64,000 nucleotides of DNA from Octopus sinensis (taxonomy: Eukaryota), in assembly GCF_006345805.1 (NCBI RefSeq), contig NC_043015.1, forward strand, positions 25,792,001-25,856,000, in the 5' to 3' direction. Both the position numbers and the translations under genes were made by a program. Below are positions 1 through 12,352 of the stretch, piece by piece. Each line of letters begins with the position of its first letter. The first letter of the stretch is position 1. The notes under the pieces were generated by a model. That model saw only the letters and a program-made list of their open reading frames with translations, searched no databases and was not told where the DNA came from.

Positions 1-337
1 AAGCCACAAATATATCTACACGCAGAGATAAATATATAAACGTATTGATATAAATCAGTGTATTTACATACGTAAAATAACAATCGTTAGTCTTTTGATA
101 AAGCATACATAATTAACACTATTGTCAGTCTAGAATGAAAGATGGATCTGCAAAAACTAGGAGGGGAACAGAATACCTTCAAGTGTTTAATCATGTCTAG
201 CAATGTTTTACGCTCAAGTCACCCAGGTCATGATTTTTTGATACATCACAAAACAATTTACAGTTTCAGTAATGGCACTACAGTTCTCGAAAATAAATAT
301 CCCCCGAAATACATGGCTGTTTGCGTCAGTTTGTAAT

Positions 338-495
338 AAGTGGTGTGTGCGTCCCTGTGTTAGGGATAACCTGGCTGTTCAGTAAAACAGAACGATATAA
401 TAAATGTCAAGCTTTTCAAAAAAGTACTGCAAGGTGAGGGTTATTCGTTCGTCTACAACCCTTTAAGGTGGTGCCCCAGCCTGATCGTAGTCTGT
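338..495 (+). mobile_element. SINE 3' fragment (octopus-type tRNA-derived SINE family)
   Basis: Segment ending aaggtggtgccccagcctgatcgtagtc resembles the tail of the SINE copies at 39062-39460, 42600-43032 and 62035-62370. Confidence 0.45.
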
Positions 496-524
496 AGACA
501 AGTAAAACATAAACACACACTCAA

Positions 525-537
525 ACTTATATGTATG

Positions 538-569
<32 letters not shown>

Positions 570-700
570 TATATATATATATATTATATATATAATATAT
601 ATATATATATGTATGCGTGTGTGTATGTGTGTATCTATATATACATACACACACATATACTTATATAAAACTTATGTATATAAATATAAATATATATGAG
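525..700. repeat. (TA)n/(TG)n microsatellite
   Basis: Direct reading; explains ORFs 453..656 and 463..654. Confidence 0.95.
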
Positions 701-701
701 G

Positions 702-1158
702 TATATTTGCCATCTCAATATGGCTAACCACTAAGGGTGGGTGTTACAAGCTACAGTAACACCCATCCTTAGTGGTTAGCCATATTGAGATGGCAAATAT
801 TCCTCACATTGTCGTGCAGTTACTGTTTATACCTCGTTCAGAGATTTATTATTGCTTGCATACAGTTTTTCGAGATCAGTGACGAAAAGTTACTGGAAAA
901 ATGATATAAGTATTTGCATTGGGACCCCTTTTATCGAAAACCGGTGATTGTCGTACACTAATGACACGTCAATACCTAGAAACTGCAGTCCGTGCGTATC
1001 ACTTAGGTTGACTTAAGTGCACAGAAAGTGTGACTAAAGCCAGTTCTCCTGGGGCTACAAGCTACAGTAACACCCACCCTTAGTGGTTAGCCATATTGAG
1101 ATGGCAAATATACCTCACATTGTCGTGCAGTTACTGTTTATACCTCGTTCAGAGATTT

Positions 1159-1160
<2 letters not shown>
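702..1160 (+). mobile_element. Penelope-type terminal repeat (pLTR): inverted terminus plus partial tandem copy
   Basis: About 45-bp inverted repeat (703-747 vs 756-800, one mismatch, 8-nt loop); 746-850 recurs at about 1057-1160; hammerhead-like motif inside at 952-996. Confidence 0.6.
952..996 (+). ncRNA. Degenerate minimal type I hammerhead ribozyme motif
   Basis: cgtaca-CTAATGA-(14 nt)-GAA-ACTGCAGT-C-cgtgcg: core with G5>A, palindromic stem III, GUC cleavage triplet, imperfect stem I; stem II decayed. Confidence 0.5.
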
Positions 1161-1194
<34 letters not shown>

Positions 1195-1198
<4 letters not shown>

Positions 1199-2990
1199 AG
1201 TAAAATATGAAAAATCAACGAAAATGCGCATTGCAAATAAAAAAAAGGCTTTTTATGAAAGGTAACGACAAATATATACATTTACATAGACGGATGTAGT
1301 CATGAGAGTCATAAAAGTCATTATTATGAGATGATTATAAGATGATAAGAAAGTAAGAAAACATTACAACCCACAGAAAACACTAAAAAACTATCCTCCT
1401 TACTCCAAATTTATGGAAAGGGTCTCACTACACATGAAGTAGACTATTTATCCAATTTCAAATGCAGTTCTAGTCTATTCTACGGATTATCCTCGAACTC
1501 AAGTTATACCAATCATCACTAGAAAAATATGGCGCCTCTTTTAATTGTTACTTAAAGGAAGAGATATTTGGATGATTGCTTCATACTTTGGAAAGACAGC
1601 ATGGATAAACTCCTTGATTTCAAATGAATGCTCAACAACATACACAGCAATATACAATTCACTATGGAACACAACAGTAAACAACTCCCTTTTCTAGACA
1701 TCTTGATTAGAATAGTTAACAACCACATAGAAATAGACATCTTTTATAAACCCACAGATTCTAAACAATACTTATCATTTAACTCCTGCCACCCCAATTA
1801 CATAAAAATCAACATACACTTTAACCTAGCGAAAAGAATCTGCACCATAGTTTCGGATACATTTACTCGAGAACAAAGACTCCTTGAACTTAGATCTACA
1901 CTAACTAAAAGACATTACCCAATCTCATTAGTAAATGAAGGCATCAAAAGGGCTAAGGAAATAGATATACAAATGTTAAGGAAAACTAGCCGAAATACTA
2001 AACAAGACTTAAAAATACTCCCGTACATTTCCACACATAACCCCAGAAACAACGAAGCCTTCAAAATCATCACCCAAAATCTTCCCATCCTCACAGCAGA
2101 CAAAACAATGAGCGAAATTTTAAGCTCATACAAAATTATAAAAAGCAAAAATCAACCGAAGTCACTGAAAAAAATATTAACCAGCGCAAGACTGTATCCA
2201 CTAACAACAGAGCCAAAAGTGACAAAATGTGGACGTACTGTTGAACATGTCCCCACCTTCTGGAGGGTTAAGAATTTCACTTCAAACAAGAAGAAATATT
2301 TAAGATCAAATTAAATTTCACCTGCGCCTCAGCAAATATAATCTATGTCATGACATGCATAGGATGTGGTAAACTCTATATTGGACAAACAGTAATTTCA
2401 CTCCGTCAAAGAACCACCATTCATAAAGAGCAAATTCGCCACCCACAATACAGACAGTTAAAGGTGAGTGAACACATAGAAAGGTGTGCCAGGAATCTTA
2501 ATCCCGATTTCCAAATCTTTCCCTTCTATCAATGTTCACAGAAAACCACAATTCAACAAAGGTTGAATAATGAGGCATTTTTCATCAATAAATATCTCCC
2601 CCAACTAAATATGAACACACAACTCAATACAGAACACCACTAACTCTTCAATTTAAACCACTAACCCCTATACACTTCCTACACCACTCACATCTCTTAA
2701 TCCAGAACTACTTACCTCCCTTACAAATAATCAATTTTTTCAGGAACTATTATGTTTTCAAAGCAAGGAATAGCTTTTTGCAGAAACCATGGTTCGCTTT
2801 GTTTTCTTACTTTATTATCATCTTAAAATCATCTCATAATAATGACTTTTATGACTTTTATTACTACCTCAGTCCATCTAAATATATATATTTGTCGTTA
2901 CCTGTCATAAAAAGCCATTTTTTATTTGCAATGTGCATTTTCGTTGATCTTTCATATTTTATACTTACATCTCCACGTGTATTTTATATT
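1195..2990 (+). mobile_element. 5'-truncated Penelope-like element with inverted terminal pLTR arms
   Basis: RT C-terminal motifs (RYLDDCF, FTMEH..LPFLDI, FYKPTDSKQYL.F.SCHP) and GIY-YIG region (IYVMTCIGCGKLYIGQT...LRQR...H); 1195-1360 is the reverse complement of about 2812-2975; both ends abut (TA)n. Confidence 0.9.
1440..2643 (+). pseudogene. Penelope RT/GIY-YIG ORF remnant, frameshifted
   Basis: ORFs 1628..2314 and 2350..2643 are consecutive parts of one PLE protein; stops and frameshifts present. Confidence 0.85.
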
Positions 2991-3010
2991 TTCTTTTTGT
3001 AACATATTTC

Positions 3011-3150
<140 letters not shown>

Positions 3151-3317
3151 ATATATACAAGGGACATATAAGTGTATGCATAAATACATTACATACTGGC
3201 GTAGGTACATGCATCATAGATATATAGGGAGAATTCATAAAAAAAACAAAGGACGAAGAGAGGTGGTGTATACAACAAACAGATGTATCACTTTGACGCT
3301 CGGGAAGTGAAAAAAGT

Positions 3318-3353
3318 CTTTAACGTTTCGAGCCTACGTTCTTCCACAGAAAG
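3318..3353 (-). ncRNA. Degenerate minimal hammerhead motif in Penelope-type terminal repeat
   Basis: Minus strand: cttt-CTGTGGA-a-gaac-gtag-gctc-GAAACGTT-aaag; stem I cttt/aaag intact, core A6>T. Confidence 0.5.
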
Positions 3354-4089
3354 AAATATACATACATATGTGTGTGTGTGTGTTTGTACATACATATGCA
3401 TTTATATGTACATTTATCTATCTATCTATTTATCTATCTACGTATATAAACTAATATATAGTGAGATACATATATAAGTATACCTGTGTATGTTGGCGTT
3501 ATTCTTTATTTTTCTTTTGTGCTTGTTTTTTTATTTTTACCGCAGTTATTCACCTCATCCTGAATGTGGTAGATATGAAAACAATATAAAACAAATATCT
3601 GGATACATATATAAGCACAAACACAAACACAGACACACGCATATAGAAACTAAAACTTAACATATTACTGTATATTAACATACCACTATATATTTATAGT
3701 TCTTCATACTTCTTCATTCTGCCATATTGTTATCGAATATCGAATATAGCACCGTTTTTAGTGATTCGGATATTTTTAGCTTACGGTAATTTTCATAAGC
3801 TGCAAACTTTTTAATATTTGATGCGTTCTCTCAGTTTACCGAGATGCTTGATTGTAACAATATACAAACTGAGTGTTAATTTTGCTCTATCTTTAGAAAT
3901 GTTCTCCGAATTGGCCGTTCATATTTATGATACGAGTTTTGTTTTATATATATATTTGAGTAAACCTTACGTCGTTCAATCATCATTTAGAATATATTGA
4001 AAGAACCACCGAAGATGGACTACATAATCTGGCTCACCCTCTTACTCCCAGGATGATATCTACATACTTGAGTATATATATTTAATCAC

Positions 4090-4215
4090 ACACACATACA
4101 TACGCATACACACAAACATACATACATACATACACACATACAAACATACATACATACATACATACATACATACATACATACATACATACATACAGACAGA
4201 CAGACAGACAGACAT
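4090..4215. repeat. (CATA)n/(CAGA)n microsatellite
   Basis: Direct reading. Confidence 0.9.
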
Positions 4216-4631
4216 ACAGATAAGGTACGTGCTATCAAGGTAGGCAGTGCCTACATTTTCCTTTTATGGCAAAATATTCATTTTATTCAATAAAATTATG
4301 AAGGTTAGTCTGATTACTATGTATAAAATGCAAAATATTTTTTTGTAGATTAGGTAGGCATAATTCACCCCTGCCTTTCAATTTCAGCATTAAAACTATG
4401 TATAGTACCGTTGCAGCACACATGCTGCGTACATTCCTACAACAACGTTTTCTTTACGTACTATAAAAACAGAAGTAAATCTGCCTTCAACTCAGTCGCG
4501 CGTCTGTGTTTCGCTTATTTTTTGTGTTTTACTACATAAAGCTCACCAATTGCCTACCCTGAATAATTACTGACGGCATGTGCCTGATACATACATACAT
4601 ACATACATACATACATACATACATACATACA

Positions 4632-4663
<32 letters not shown>

Positions 4664-5349
4664 CCTGTTATATATATGGTGTCAAAGATGTTCAGTTGCT
4701 TCATATTTTCAAGCTGTTGTATTACAAAAGATTATCTTTCAGCGTAAGAAGAAATATCTGGTATCTTTGTGGTCCTCGATAGACGACTTTAGTTGTCAAT
4801 GTTACTGTCACTAAGAAAACTTAAGGGAATATATTCCTCTCACTGATGACCTTTTGCCGGTGTGTAGGTAGCCTTTTTTTCTGATGACCTCTTGTAATAG
4901 AAATTTGGTATTTCTCTGGGTATAAACTGACGGTTGTCAGTCAGGGTATACTTTCTGAGAATCTCCTCCTGAGAAATTCCAGATATTTCTATTCTCTTTA
5001 TTTCACTCATATCTTGAGAATGGCATGACAGCTACAACATATAATCAATGAAAAACTCTCGACAAGTCATGCGACAGATTATTACTCATTGATACATGAC
5101 AGCGATGAAGAAACCTCAAGGAATCGATTGTATATGTGACGCATAACTATTTGGCAACACACACACACACAAGCGCGATCGCACGCACGGAGCACGCACA
5201 CACAAACACAGACACAAAACAAATACGTAAAAACATACAAGCAGCCATACCCATGCATACATTTCTAAGTATTCTTTACCGTTTAATCAGTAATAGAAGG
5301 ATAGCTTCCAACACCCTTTCCTTCTTTTTCAGACCTCCTTAGAGTGTTA

Positions 5350-5630
5350 GGAGAAAAATATCCCCTCCCTTCAAGTCAGAGACCAGGACCGAATGCTTAC
5401 ACCAGAGTGAACTGGGCGACAGCTTCTCCATTTCCAAAGGGACAAGTTCTCTTCTTTAAGCGATTTTACTGTCAGGATTGGGAAACAACATTCGCTCTCT
5501 AGTTGAGTAATTAGGAAAGAAGGAGGTGGCAAGACCGATGCCAACGGAACACATCGTCTTACCAGAAATGCTGGACAAGATCTCATGATTACGAATGCCA
5601 TATTTCGCTAGAATAAAATGTCTTCGAGCA
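5350..5630 (+). mobile_element. RTE-clade LINE APE-endonuclease fragment
   Basis: Conceptual translation ..DKFSSLSDFTVRIG....GGGKTDANG..L....QDLMITNAIFR resembles the RTE APE motif GDFNARVG...G.G..N.NG..LL..C....L.ITNT.F. Confidence 0.55.
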
Positions 5631-5749
5631 GTACCCAGCACATCAAAGATTTATGCCCTATTCACAATATCTTCAAAATATCTCGGCATCAACAATAATA
5701 TTACACAAAAAGAACGCTTGTTACTGGTGCTGACGAGTTTTGCAAAGGT

Positions 5750-8230
5750 GTTATCTTATCTCGTCGAACGTGAAAATGACAATTCGGCCATATTGAAAGG
5801 AACTGAATGTCATCATCTTAAAAATACAGCTAATTCTTAAAGAATAACTGCCTGAATAAATTCCACCTTGCGAAGGAGAATACCGGAATTGTTTGAAGGA
5901 AGCCCGTCCTTGTTCAAAATCGCCAGATAAATTATACTCTTCATGATACAGGAATGGTATCACAACTAAAACGTTGGCTCTTAAACAACTCTTCAACGCA
6001 TAGTACGACGGTTGCGCTGTCAAAGCTAAGGTGTATACTTTGAGACAAACGAAATTCGTTCGATAGGCCAGAATAGCAGAGATACAGGGTGGTTATAAAA
6101 CCACCATTCAGTCTTTCGTAGAGATACACTGAATACGTGTTACTTGGTTCCAGACAGACGTGTGCAGCTTCTTACAGCAATGCTGGAATCTTCAGAATGT
6201 GTGTGGGCGTGGATATGTGTGATTGTAGTATAAAATAAAGCCGTACATCGATGAAATGACGTCGAGCTATTGCGTAAAGCCGATGACGATAAAACCCAAC
6301 GGAATGAGGAAAGTCACGTCTGACCGCATGAGGGGCAAATCACTTAGTATGGCGGATCTTCTGTACAAGCTTTACGATAAGATGACAGAATTGTTTAGTG
6401 ATCTCTTAGCATCTCTCAGTTGCAACTCACAAGGAAATGGCATAATTGCCAGTCCTGTTATCTGAGGAGTTGTATCACTACTGAGTAAAGAACCGAACTT
6501 GGAGACTACTTAGATCATGTTCGTCCTATAACTCCGCTACATAGAGAGTCCATCACTTTGGTTAAGATATTCACAAAAAAGATTAGCGATTGTCGTCGAT
6601 GATCTGATTAGTGAGGTACAGATATGTTTCCTCAAAAACAGATTTATCTACAATAACCTCTAAATCATGCAATACATTATAGAAAAAAAGGCAAAGAATT
6701 TGGCATGGGCGTAGCCCTGATAATTTCAGACCTGTAGTAAGATCTCTATAGGGTCGACAGTCAATATTTGACGATTGTTCTCTAAGCTGTCAGATTCGCC
6801 CCTGTTTTCAGCAGGTGCATCATTGCAATATACAATCACTACTGCTCAGTGGTGGGAGTAAATGACCTCCGATCTCTACAATACGCTCAGTTGTATCAAG
6901 TTTGTCTAATTTCGTCTCTTCTGTAAGTCTTGACTATAAAAACACAGCTGTAGAAATGCGACGTCTTGGGGTGTGTCCAGCGCGAAATAAGATACGGAAT
7001 ATCTGTGTCGGAATATGCAGAGGACGTCACCGTAAAAGCGTGGACGTCAAACATATTGAGGTGATCGGCTCTGTTGTAAAAGGGGAGAAAATGAAGCAGG
7101 AAAAGTTGCAGCTCGGATCCATACAATCCTACACATTCTTGTGCTCTAAACGGAGGACCCATCTCAAATGCTTAAAGTCTGGTTTGATCCAGTCCTTCAA
7201 TTGGACAAGAATTGGCACGAGATGACAAAGTGACCGATATCGATCCAAAAAAGGCTGAGAGCAGATATAACTTAAAAGACAGGCGGAGGTGCTGAATGTT
7301 TACATTGCATCCATCATCAATTAATGCCTTTCCTCATTTCAAGTCTGAACAGAGTGAAGAATTTGCTGCTTCGCTTTTGGTGGAATGAACGAGTTCCACT
7401 TGTCAGACGTTCTATTTTTTGTCAACAACGGCTATGTAGGGAATAGGGTATGCCATGGCTGATGATGTGGAAACATACAATGAGGTTGCGGCGTCTCCAT
7501 CTTTTCTTTAATGGTGAACAGGTGTGGCGTGGCTGTTTGCTAGACTCGTTTTCTTTGACTGACCTACAGTCCTGGATCAGGCATACACCGAAGCAAGGCG
7601 TCCGACAACTAGAGTGCCGTCAGCTATTTACAGTCCACTCTCAGTCGGGCAATACAGGCGTGGATATTACACCATTGTTTTCTATTGTGTATTACTGGGC
7701 TATGTGGTACAGGATTTACGGACGGATAATTTCTAGAAATCCTAAGCTCAATATTGCTGCCGAAAGGTGGGGCATCGTCGATTCGGTATAAATACTGTAG
7801 ACATGGCAGATCCATCAGCAGGACTGTCTGTGTGCGCGCAAAGCAACAAACGAATACTGCGTGCACATGTGCAGTGCCCAAGCATTGTTGTCGAATAATG
7901 GGTTTATGTCGAACAGAACTGCCACAAAAAGAACAGCTTCGGCAACTAGTCGAGAACATTGTGAAGGTCAAATCTTTCAACTCTCCTTTGGTGGGAAAGT
8001 GTTTTGTTGACTGGTGACCGGAGCGAAAGGGGTTGTGTGCCGGACAAAATTGAAAGGGCTGAAGAAAATCACTTTCTTCGTAAACCAATTCCTTATCATG
8101 TTTTTTTGGTTTCATTCGGAAGAAAAAAAAGAGGATGGAGAGAAAAATGTTGCCTTCCAGCAAATTTGTTGAAGGTTGGTTGATAGTAGTGAGCATTGTG
8201 GGAATAAACGGGTGTGCTCTGAGTATCTGA
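5750..8230 (+). mobile_element. Decayed Tx1-like (L1 clade) non-LTR retrotransposon ORF2
   Basis: Broken RT motifs (GVVSLLSK..., RPITPL, KRLAIVVDDLISEVQICFLKNRFIYNNL), post-RT GMPWLMMWKHTMRLRRL, C-terminal Cys/His knuckle region (ORF 7754..8017) and ERK.LPSSKFVEGW tail typical of Tx1; many stops and frameshifts. Confidence 0.75.
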
Positions 8231-8465
8231 TTGTAGATTAGAGTAAGACTAAATGGGGACTGTCTTGCAATATGGGTCAGGTTGACCTTGCTTTCCGCGA
8301 GGTTTTCACGAATATTTCTCGGATGACAACCCAACAATTCTGAAAATTTTCTGAGTTAAAATTTCTTGTCACCAACTTGATTTTTGCTAAAAATTAGTCT
8401 ACACTTACAAATCCCTGTCTGTTTTTCTGTTTTCTATCAATGTATTTTGTGTCTTTCATTATTGC

Positions 8466-8630
8466 TGGCAGAATCGTTAGCACGCCGGGCAAAATGCTTA
8501 GTCCGATTTCATGTTCTGAGTTCAAATTCCACTGAAGTCCACTTCGCCTTTAATCCGTTCGAGGCCAATAAAATAAGTGCCAGTTGAGTTCTGTAATCGA
8601 CTCACACCATCCACCAATTTTTCAGGCCTT
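8466..8630 (+). mobile_element. tRNA-derived SINE
   Basis: tggcagaatcgttagcacgccgggcaaaatgcttag...gttctgagttcaaattcc...gccttt...ataaaataagtgccag; same family as 22575-22782 and 47782-47945. Confidence 0.8.
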
Positions 8631-8654
8631 GCGCTTCTTCTTGCTGTTCTTGCT

Positions 8655-8830
8655 ATTATAATAATTATCGTTTTCATTACCATCATTATTATAAATGTAG
8701 CAGTAGTAGTGGTGGTGGTGGTGATGGTATTAGTAGTAGTAATAGTGGTGGTGGCGGCGATGGTAGTCGTAATGATAATAGTAGCAGCAGTAGGAGCAGC
8801 AGCAGCAGGAGTAGCGTTGCTAGTATTGGT
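8655..8830. repeat. Mixed GTA/GTG/GCA trinucleotide tract
   Basis: Direct reading. Confidence 0.85.
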
Positions 8831-9217
8831 AGTAAAGGTTTTGTGGCAGAGGGACGGCGGTATTGGTGATGGTAGGGGTGTACACCGTTTGATTGCCACC
8901 TGACTCGGTGGAGGGGTGGTGTGGTGTAGCAGCGGTGTCAGCAGGTTTGGAAAGAAAAGGGAAAGTAATCACGAAAACATGATAGGTGAAACACAATCAA
9001 CAATCCACCAACGACCCTCTCTCCCATCCTCACACGAGGTGCCTTTTGAAGAAGTGAGCAAGCAAAGATGTGAGCAAATGCAATTTGAAAACACGAAGCT
9101 TTTGTGATTCAATCGTGATATAACCAAATGTGAATGGCCAGTGTAGTGGTGGCAATGTTGACACTGAACCATTAGCTAAATGATATGTTAGATCTCTGGT
9201 GGAGTGATATTGTACAT

Positions 9218-9245
9218 CAATAATAATAATAATGATGATGATAAA

Positions 9246-9301
<56 letters not shown>

Positions 9302-9387
9302 TAATAATAATAATAATAATGATAATAACAACAAGAATAATAACAATAGTAATAATGAAAATGATGATGATGATAATAATAATAATG

Positions 9388-9433
<46 letters not shown>

Positions 9434-9486
9434 GAATAATAGCAATAGTAATAGTAATAATGAAAATGATGATGATGATGATGATG

Positions 9487-9534
<48 letters not shown>

Positions 9535-9637
9535 GTAACAAGTAGTAATAATGGTAATATCAAAAATAATGATAATAACGGTAATATTAGAAATAAAAAT
9601 AATGGTGATAATAAACATAACAACAACAATAATAACA

Positions 9638-9680
<43 letters not shown>

Positions 9681-9715
9681 CGATGATGATGACGATGATG
9701 ATAAGGATAATAACT
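9218..9715. repeat. Compound (AAT)n/(GAT)n microsatellite
   Basis: Direct reading; source of the poly-I/N/L/Y/D ORFs. Confidence 0.95.
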
Positions 9716-10833
9716 GAAATGCAAAGGTAAGGGTAGGAGTAATAAAGCTTTATTCACTTGACCTCGGCCACTGATTCCTCGTTTGTCAAAAATCTATGAT
9801 TATGAGCGTTAAGTTCTTGCATCTATTCTGACATGGCTTTCTTCTATCATGATATCATATTACATTCCATGTATGTATGCATGCATGTATTTATATATGT
9901 ATGTGTGCGTGTATATATATGCGTCTATTATATATACATGCATGTGCATACATAGATAAACCTACAAAATACATATATATATTGTATACATGCAGAAATA
10001 GAGTATGTGTGTACACTTATATAGATTATATACTTGTATATATGTATACATATGCACACATATATGTATATATCAATAAATACTTACTTGCATACTTACA
10101 CATGCATGTATCTCTCACTTTCTCTCTCTATGTATCTGTATAAATATATGTGTGTGTGTGTGTGTGTTTGTGTGTATGTGTGTGTTTGTGTGTGCATATG
10201 TGTGTGAAGAGGCTTACATTAATCAGTTTAGATGTTTCTTCAAAATTGCTATTAGCTCGCTGTTCACTTCATACCACGTGGAATACAATTACGTATAGCA
10301 GAAAACAGTCATTAATATAAAGATTACTTTAACAGCGTTCACGAAAGCTTTGATTTATGGGATCACGGGTCAGATCCTAATTTTCGCATAGAATCGCATT
10401 CTGTAAAATTTAAATGCCACTTTCATAAAATGGAAACATTCTCACTATGGTTTAAATTCTCCTCGATTTCTTTTTCTTTTGCTATTTCTTTTTTTTTTCC
10501 ACCAAAATAAAATATTTCTAATACATATCTATATTTCCTAAATGATTTATTGTTAAGCTAAGTTTTACATTTCACGACCATTAACCTTATTTCCTATTCT
10601 TTTCCTTTTTTTCTTTTTCCCTTTTTTTTTTGCTTGTGCACGTTCTGTACAACCATTACGATTAGTTGATTCTAGAAATGTCTTCTGGCACTGCTATATT
10701 TCAGCAGATATAATTAACCTTTATTTTTAATGATGCTCGTCTTTAACAGACGGTTAAAATAATGCTTCTCGTTATCGTTGATGGTGTGTGTGCTGTCTTT
10801 CTTTTTTTTTGCATTATTCTTTTAGCTCGAGAT

Positions 10834-11033
10834 CTGTGGTTCCCAACCATTTCACAGTGGTTACCAAAATTGATTTCCAACCCATTGATTTAAATAAGTG
10901 TTCCCAAGAATCCCATTTAATATACTTATCCATATGTATATAGATATGTGAAATTTTGAATTTAGTTCACGGACCCCCAATACTATCTTTGCAGACCTCC
11001 AGGACTCTGCGAACCCCAGGTTGGGAACTGCTG
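10834..11033. mobile_element. 200-bp hAT (Charlie-like) MITE
   Basis: Imperfect 15-bp TIRs ctgtggttcccaacc / ggttgggaactgctg; flanks ctcgagat and atctaaag resemble the NTCTAGAN hAT-Charlie target but are not identical. Confidence 0.7.
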
Positions 11034-11944
11034 ATCTAAAGCAACAGTGACTGAGTAATCGTGATAATCACAGACATTCTAGCCGTGACAGACACGCATA
11101 TCTTCTGCGTGCAAGAATCAGACACTTTTAAAGACGAATGTGTATCATTTAAAGGAAATTCGGCTAATTTTAAGAAATCTAGCGTCCTTACACGGATTCT
11201 CTCATTGTCTCTAAATCTTAGTGGTGGTGGTGGTGGTGGTGGTGGCCGCCGTGGTGATGGTAGAGGTGGCGGTGCTAGTGGTGATGGCGGTGATAGTGAC
11301 GATGGTAGCGAAGATGATAGTGGTGGTTATGATTGTCATGGTAACAGCGGTACGTATTTCGTTACCCCCCAGGCAGCACTAATCGAGGATAAGTATGGCT
11401 AAATCGAACAAGCATGTCGGGTATTTTTAAGACAAAAGATCTCCGCAAAATAGAAGTAAAATCTATCTCAATCTTAAAATATTGGAACGGCACATTTTTT
11501 ATTGTTGACCTAGCAGCCCAGTTGTAGATGTGCACGATTAAGGCAGACATCAATCTACAGACCCTCCCAAAATACAGGCGCACACCTCATCATCACTTCT
11601 TTTATTCCTAACTCCCCCAAATGGGCCCTCATCTTTATCGTTCAATTATTATTTATTTATATTTATATTTAAAAATTCCTTCCTTTTCTTTCTTCTTTGC
11701 GCTCTTTCATCTGATAAAAGACCAGCGTGCGCAACATTCTGTTTCTTGCCCTTCTTTTTAAATATGAAACTTATAAACATTTTATTAATCTTTCTCTCTC
11801 TCGTACTGCATATTTTATGTGCTCCTTGCTTTTTCTTAATACATAGACATATCCATATTTTCACGTACCACACTCATGTTCTTGTATATATTTATATGTG
11901 TGTGTGTGTGTATGTATATATGTATGTGTGTGTGTATGTATGAC

Positions 11945-12321
11945 ATTATTCAGTTTTATTTCAAGAGTTCTTGCCAATAAAAAAGACCCAGTTTCTATTC
12001 TAGTGCAAAATCTCCCTAATAGGAATTACATCAACAATGTATTTTTGTATGTATGTATGTATGCATGTAGGTAGGTAGGTAGGTATATGTGCAGCTTTTT
12101 AAATTTTGTTTTATGTATATACTATCATGCATATTGTTGCATGTCTAGATATGCTCATATATACTTAAATGGTAAGCTTCTGGAAAGTTTTTCAGACTTT
12201 TAAAATTCCACTGATGGCTTCGATCTGTAGTCTTTAAATCAGCATTCTCTTTTCTGATTTTGAGAAGTCTAATTTCTCATGATTTGTATTTAGGCAGTGC
12301 GTTACATATCTCCGTGCTCCA

Positions 12322-12322
<1 letters not shown>
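11945..12322 (-). mobile_element. R4/Dong-like LINE, extreme 3' fragment
   Basis: Minus translation IGARRYVTHCLNTNHEKLDFSKSEKRMLI.RLQIEAISG parallels the C-terminus of the adjacent element (IGALGFLGKCLKENLDKLEFSEKE); followed by a related 3' UTR. Confidence 0.65.

Positions 12323-12352
<30 letters not shown>

Noticed and set aside
4843-4910. Two CTGATGA motifs as hammerheads
   Set aside because: Stems I-III cannot be closed; possibly decayed PLE terminal repeat but unsupported.
7624-8337. 237-aa minus-strand ORF
   Set aside because: Antisense to the Tx1-like ORF2 C-terminus; no recognisable domain.
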